Positions 59,800-64,000 of a stretch of 64,000 nucleotides of DNA are shown piece after piece. Under the pieces are notes generated by a model. It saw nothing but the letters and a program-made list of their open reading frames with translations. It searched no databases and had not been told where the DNA came from. A program made the position numbers and the translations under genes. The stretch spans positions 128,001 to 192,000 of the forward strand of contig BTVJ01000005.1 of NCBI GenBank assembly GCA_045863395.1, in the 5' to 3' direction. This stretch comes from Myxococcales bacterium. Its GTDB lineage: Bacteria > Myxococcota_A > UBA9042 > JABWCM01 > BTVJ01. Numbering within the stretch: the first letter of the stretch is position 1; each line of letters begins with the position of its first letter.

Positions 59800-62091
59800 A
59801 TGTCAGGCAACTTCCCGCAACAGTTCGGGAAATATTACCTCCTCAACAAGATCGCCCTCGGCGGCATGGCGGAGATCTTCCGCGCCAAGACCGTCGGGGC
59901 GGAGGGCTTCGAGAAGGAGCTGGTCATCAAGCGCATCCTCCCGCACTTCACGGAGGATGAGGCGTTCCGCTCCATGTTCATCGACGAGGCGCGCCTGGCG
60001 GCTCGGCTCGCCCACGCCAACATCGTGCAGGTCTTCGACTTCGACCTCCAGGACGGCATGTACTACATCGCCATGGAGTACGTCGAAGGCAAGGATCTCA
60101 AGAAGATACAGGATACCGCGCGCAAGGCCGGCCGACGCCTGACGCCGGGCCAGATCGTGTGGATCATCGCCGAGTCGTGTAAGGGCCTCGACTACGCGCA
60201 CAAGTACAAGCACAGAAACGAGCCCATGCACATCGTCCACCGTGATGTGAGCCCGCACAACATCATGGTGAGCTACAACGGCGAAGTGAAGATCATGGAC
60301 TTCGGCATCGCGAAGGCGGCGTCGCGGTACACGAAGACCCGAGCGGGCACGGTCAAGGGCAAGTGCGCCTACATGTCCCCCGAGCAGGCGAAGGGGGTCG
60401 AGCTGGACGGGCGGAGCGACATGTTCTCCCTGGCGGTGGTCGCGTGGGAGCTGCTGACGGACAAGCGCCTGTTCGCTGGCGAGACCGACTTCGAGACCCT
60501 CTCCAACGTGCTGAAGTGTGAGGTGACTCCCCCGAGCTCCATCAACTCGGAGGTGCCCCCGGAGCTCGACGAGATCATCCTGAAGGCCCTGGCCAAGGAG
60601 CCGGAGGACCGCTACGCCTCGTGCGCGGCCCTCCACGACGCCCTCAACCGCTTCTACTTCACCCACGTCAAGCACGCCGACGAGGGGCGGCTCGAGCGGG
60701 TCATGCGGGAGCTGTTCGCGGCGGACCTCCAGACCCTGGCGGCCATGCAGGCCCAGGAGAGGACCACCTACATCGTCGCCGCCAGCAACCCGGGCATGGC
60801 GGCCGCGAGTGCGAACGACCTGGCCGAGGCGCCCACCATGGCGATCCCGGCGAGCCAGGTGTTCGACAACGAGGCGAAGACCATGGCCGTGGACGCGGCC
60901 CAGATGCTCATGCAGCAGCGGGCCACCGGATCGAGCCGGCAGGTGGGGGCGCAGACGGGCTCCGGTGGGTTCGCGACACTCCCGGCGACGGGCACCCACA
61001 CGGGGATGCCGCCGCGCCGCTCTGCCGCGGTCTACCTGCTCGTCGGGCTGCTGGCTGCCGCGGTGGCTCTGGCTGGGGTGTTCCTGTGGTTGGAGTACGG
61101 TGGCAATGGAGAGGCGGCCAAGGGGGGCACGGCCAGCGCCGGGACAGGAAGCAAGCCGACGTCGGGTGGGGAGCCTGGTGGCGACCCTGACAAGCCCGCG
61201 CCCCCGGTCGACCCGAAGACCGGGACGCTGACAGTGGTCGCCGTCCCGTCGGAGGCGACGCTGTTCGTGGACGGCGAGCCCCTGGTCGGCGGAACGTTGG
61301 CGGACGTGCCCATCGGCAGGACGCTGGTCGTCCGCGCGGAGCACGACGGGCGCAAGGCGGAGCAGAGCGTCACCATGAGCTCGGTCGCACAGACCGTAAA
61401 ACTGGAGGTGCCCGTCGCGACCCAGGCGCCACCGGCGACCATCACCATCCAGGCGCCGGAGGACGTGCTCCTGCGGGTCGGAACGCAGGAGCTGGGCAAG
61501 GGCACCCAGAAGTTCACGGCCAAGGAGGGTGACGAGCTGCTGGTCGAGGCCTGGCGGGAGGGCGCGCCCCCCTTCAAGCGGCGGGTGACGGTCAGGAACG
61601 ACGGGATGAGCGTGGTCATCGAGGACTCGGAGGTCCCCCAGAAGAAGGTGCTGACGAAGGTGACCATCGAGGTGTCCCCGGCGGACGCGACCGTGACCGT
61701 GGACGGCCAGCCCGCAGCCCCCACCGACGGCAAGCTGACGCTGGAGCGGGAGCGGGGAGGCAAGGTCGTCCTGGAGGCGAGCGCCAAGGGCCACCGCGCC
61801 GAGAAGAGAGAGGTAGAGCTGAGCTCCGCCGAGGTCGCCGTCCAGCTCAAGCTGCGCAAGGAGTCCTCCGAGCCCGCCGTGACCGGGACGGGCTACGTCA
61901 CGATCAACGCGAAGCCCTGGGCCAACGTGTTCTACAAGGGGCAGTCGCTGGGCCCCACCCCCGTGCGCCGCCGCCAGTTGCCCGCAGGCCCCCAGCGCTT
62001 CACCCTTGAGAAGTCCGGCATCCGCAAGACGGTGACCATCGTCGTCGAGAAGGACAAGGAGGTCACCAAGCTGTTCGACATGACCAACTGA
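59800..62091 (+). CDS. Membrane Ser/Thr kinase with periplasmic PEGA-like repeats
   Basis: [37 protein letters not shown] / ATVTVDG / KPWANV..GPTP repeats. Confidence 0.93.
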   Translation: MSGNFPQQFGKYYLLNKIALGGMAEIFRAKTVGAEGFEKELVIKRILPHFTEDEAFRSMFIDEARLAARLAHANIVQVFDFDLQDGMYYIAMEYVEGKDLKKIQDTARKAGRRLTPGQIVWIIAESCKGLDYAHKYKHRNEPMHIVHRDVSPHNIMVSYNGEVKIMDFGIAKAASRYTKTRAGTVKGKCAYMSPEQAKGVELDGRSDMFSLAVVAWELLTDKRLFAGETDFETLSNVLKCEVTPPSSINSEVPPELDEIILKALAKEPEDRYASCAALHDALNRFYFTHVKHADEGRLERVMRELFAADLQTLAAMQAQERTTYIVAASNPGMAAASANDLAEAPTMAIPASQVFDNEAKTMAVDAAQMLMQQRATGSSRQVGAQTGSGGFATLPATGTHTGMPPRRSAAVYLLVGLLAAAVALAGVFLWLEYGGNGEAAKGGTASAGTGSKPTSGGEPGGDPDKPAPPVDPKTGTLTVVAVPSEATLFVDGEPLVGGTLADVPIGRTLVVRAEHDGRKAEQSVTMSSVAQTVKLEVPVATQAPPATITIQAPEDVLLRVGTQELGKGTQKFTAKEGDELLVEAWREGAPPFKRRVTVRNDGMSVVIEDSEVPQKKVLTKVTIEVSPADATVTVDGQPAAPTDGKLTLERERGGKVVLEASAKGHRAEKREVELSSAEVAVQLKLRKESSEPAVTGTGYVTINAKPWANVFYKGQSLGPTPVRRRQLPAGPQRFTLEKSGIRKTVTIVVEKDKEVTKLFDMTN

Positions 62092-62117
62092 CCCCCCACC
62101 CTGCGAGCGCTTCGAGC

Positions 62118-64000
62118 ATGAACGATCTGACGCGACAGGTGCATGATCAGGACCCCGACGAGACCCGGGACTGGCTGGAGTCCCTCGACGCGGTGGTGGA
62201 GGCACAGGGGCCCGAGCGGGCGCACTTCCTGCTGGCGAAGCTCCTGCAGCACATGCACGTGGAGAAGATGCCCCTGCCGGCGCTGATCCAGACGCCCTAC
62301 GTCAACACGATCCCGCCGTCCAAGGAGCCCGGCTACCCGGGCGACGAGCACATCGAGAAGCGCATCCGGCGCTACATCCGCTGGAACGCGGTGGCCATGG
62401 TGGTCAAGGCGAACCGCAAGTACGGCGGCATCGGCGGGCACCTGTCGACCTACGCGTCGGCGGCGACGCTCTACGAGGTGGGCTTCAACCACTTCTTCCG
62501 CGGGCACGACGATGGCCCCGGGGATCAGCTCTTCATCCAGGGGCACGCGAGCCCGGGCATCTACGCGCGCGCCTTCCTGGAGGGGCGCATCGGCCAGGAG
62601 CAGATGGAGCACTTCCGCCGCGAGGTGGGCCGGAGGGGGCTCTCCAGCTACCCGCACCCGTGGCTCATGCCGGGTTTCTGGGAGTTTCCGACGGTCTCCA
62701 TGGGCCTCGGGCCGATTACAGCCATCTACCAGGCGCGCTTCAACCGCTACCTCCAGGCGCGCGGCATCGCGAACACGGAAGGGTCGCGGGTGTGGGCCTT
62801 CCTGGGGGACGGGGAGACCGACGAGCCGGAGGCCCTGGGGGCGCTGCACCTGGCGTCCCGGGAGCGGCTCGACAACCTGGTGTTCGTGGTCAACTGCAAC
62901 CTCCAGCGCCTGGACGGGCCCGTGCGGGGCAACGGCAAGATCATCCAGGAGCTGGAGGCGGTGTTCCACGGCTCCGGGTGGCGGGTCATCAAGTGCATCT
63001 GGGGGCGGGAGTGGGACGCGCTGCTCGCCGCAGACCGGGACGGCGTGCTCGTGCGCCGCATGGGAGAGACCGTCGACGGCGACTGGCAGAAGATCGCCAC
63101 GGAGACGGGCGCCTACGCGCGGGAGCGCTTCTTCGGGGCAGACCCCAAGCTCGCGGACATGGTCGCCCACCTGACCGACGATGACATCCGCCACCTGCGC
63201 CGCGGTGGTCACGACTTCCGCAAGGTCTATGCGGCCTACAAAGAGGCGTGCGCGCCGACGGGCCGGCCCACGGTCATCCTGGCGAAGACGGTGAAGGGCT
63301 GGACCCTCGGCGAGGGAGCCGAGGCCCGCAACACCACGCACCAGCAGAAGAAACTGGACCTGGAAGAGCTGCGGGCCTTCCGCGACAAGCTGCACCTGGA
63401 CATCCCGGACGAGCAGCTCGCGGACCCGCCCTTCATCCGCTTCCCGGAGGGGAGCCAGGAGCACCGCTACCTGGTGGAGCGACGGCGCGCGCTTGGAGGC
63501 TTCGTGCCGCAACGCACGGTGCGCAAGCGTCCGCTGGGTGCTCCGGCGCTCGACGCCTTCGAGCGCTACCTGGCGGGCAGCGGGGACCAGGACGTGTCGA
63601 CGACGGGGGCCTTCGCCCGCATGCTGGCGGATCTGCTGCGCCACAAGGAGCTCGGGCGCCGGGTCGTGCCGATCATCCCGGACGAGGCCCGCACCTTCGG
63701 GCTGGACGCGCTGTTCAGGACCTATGGCATCTACTCGTCCAAGGGGCAGCTCTACGAGCCCGTCGACGCCGCCATGCTGCTGTCGTACCGGGAGGCCAAG
63801 GACGGCCAGGTGCTGGAGGAGGGCATCACGGAGGCGGGCTCCACGGCGAGCTTCATGGCCGCGGGATCGTCCTACGCGACCTTCGGCGAGCCGATGATCC
63901 CCTTCTACATCTTCTACAGCATGTTCGGCCTCCAGCGGACGGGCGACCAGGTCTGGGCGGCCGGAGACCAGATGGTGCGCGGCTTCCTGCTGGGCGCCAC
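62118..64000 (+). CDS. aceE: Pyruvate dehydrogenase E1, homodimeric type, partial (runs off the right edge)
   Basis: Absent from the ORF track. Manual translation: [23 protein letters not shown].., [65 protein letters not shown]. Confidence 0.95.
   Translation, partial: MNDLTRQVHDQDPDETRDWLESLDAVVEAQGPERAHFLLAKLLQHMHVEKMPLPALIQTPYVNTIPPSKEPGYPGDEHIEKRIRRYIRWNAVAMVVKANRKYGGIGGHLSTYASAATLYEVGFNHFFRGHDDGPGDQLFIQGHASPGIYARAFLEGRIGQEQMEHFRREVGRRGLSSYPHPWLMPGFWEFPTVSMGLGPITAIYQARFNRYLQARGIANTEGSRVWAFLGDGETDEPEALGALHLASRERLDNLVFVVNCNLQRLDGPVRGNGKIIQELEAVFHGSGWRVIKCIWGREWDALLAADRDGVLVRRMGETVDGDWQKIATETGAYARERFFGADPKLADMVAHLTDDDIRHLRRGGHDFRKVYAAYKEACAPTGRPTVILAKTVKGWTLGEGAEARNTTHQQKKLDLEELRAFRDKLHLDIPDEQLADPPFIRFPEGSQEHRYLVERRRALGGFVPQRTVRKRPLGAPALDAFERYLAGSGDQDVSTTGAFARMLADLLRHKELGRRVVPIIPDEARTFGLDALFRTYGIYSSKGQLYEPVDAAMLLSYREAKDGQVLEEGITEAGSTASFMAAGSSYATFGEPMIPFYIFYSMFGLQRTGDQVWAAGDQMVRGFLLGA

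Overview
A high-GC (roughly 70% by eye), gene-dense chromosomal segment whose gene content (Hanks-type kinases, TPR/PEGA proteins, TonB-fused receptor, Cys-rich lipoprotein, sigma54 promoters) points to a Myxococcota/deltaproteobacterial genome. It is mostly core genome: dnaE; a tetrapyrrole operon (sirC/cysG-N, ccsA/hemX, hemA, hemC, cobA-hemD); mreBCD-mrdA-rodA; a PpiD/SurA-like chaperone; mpl; wecB and a GT2; yicC-remA-gmk-gltX and rel-ribBA; thrC; and a partial aceE. Envelope and signalling genes and a vapBC pair are interspersed. I found no tRNA, rRNA, CRISPR array, transposase or integrase. The most unusual items are: (1) a ~90-aa, 9-Cys triple zinc-ribbon-like insertion in the periplasmic non-catalytic domain of PBP2; (2) a lipoprotein with 81 Cys in even-numbered modules behind a sigma54-type promoter; (3) an outer-membrane barrel plus large lipoprotein operon with both sigma54- and sigma70-type promoters; (4) a ~1,950-aa TPR lipoprotein following the heme operon; (5) a RibBA with a degenerate DHBP-synthase active site; (6) a plant-type threonine synthase; (7) a G1P-dehydrogenase-like gene. 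All calls come from motif recognition by eye; no database searches were run.
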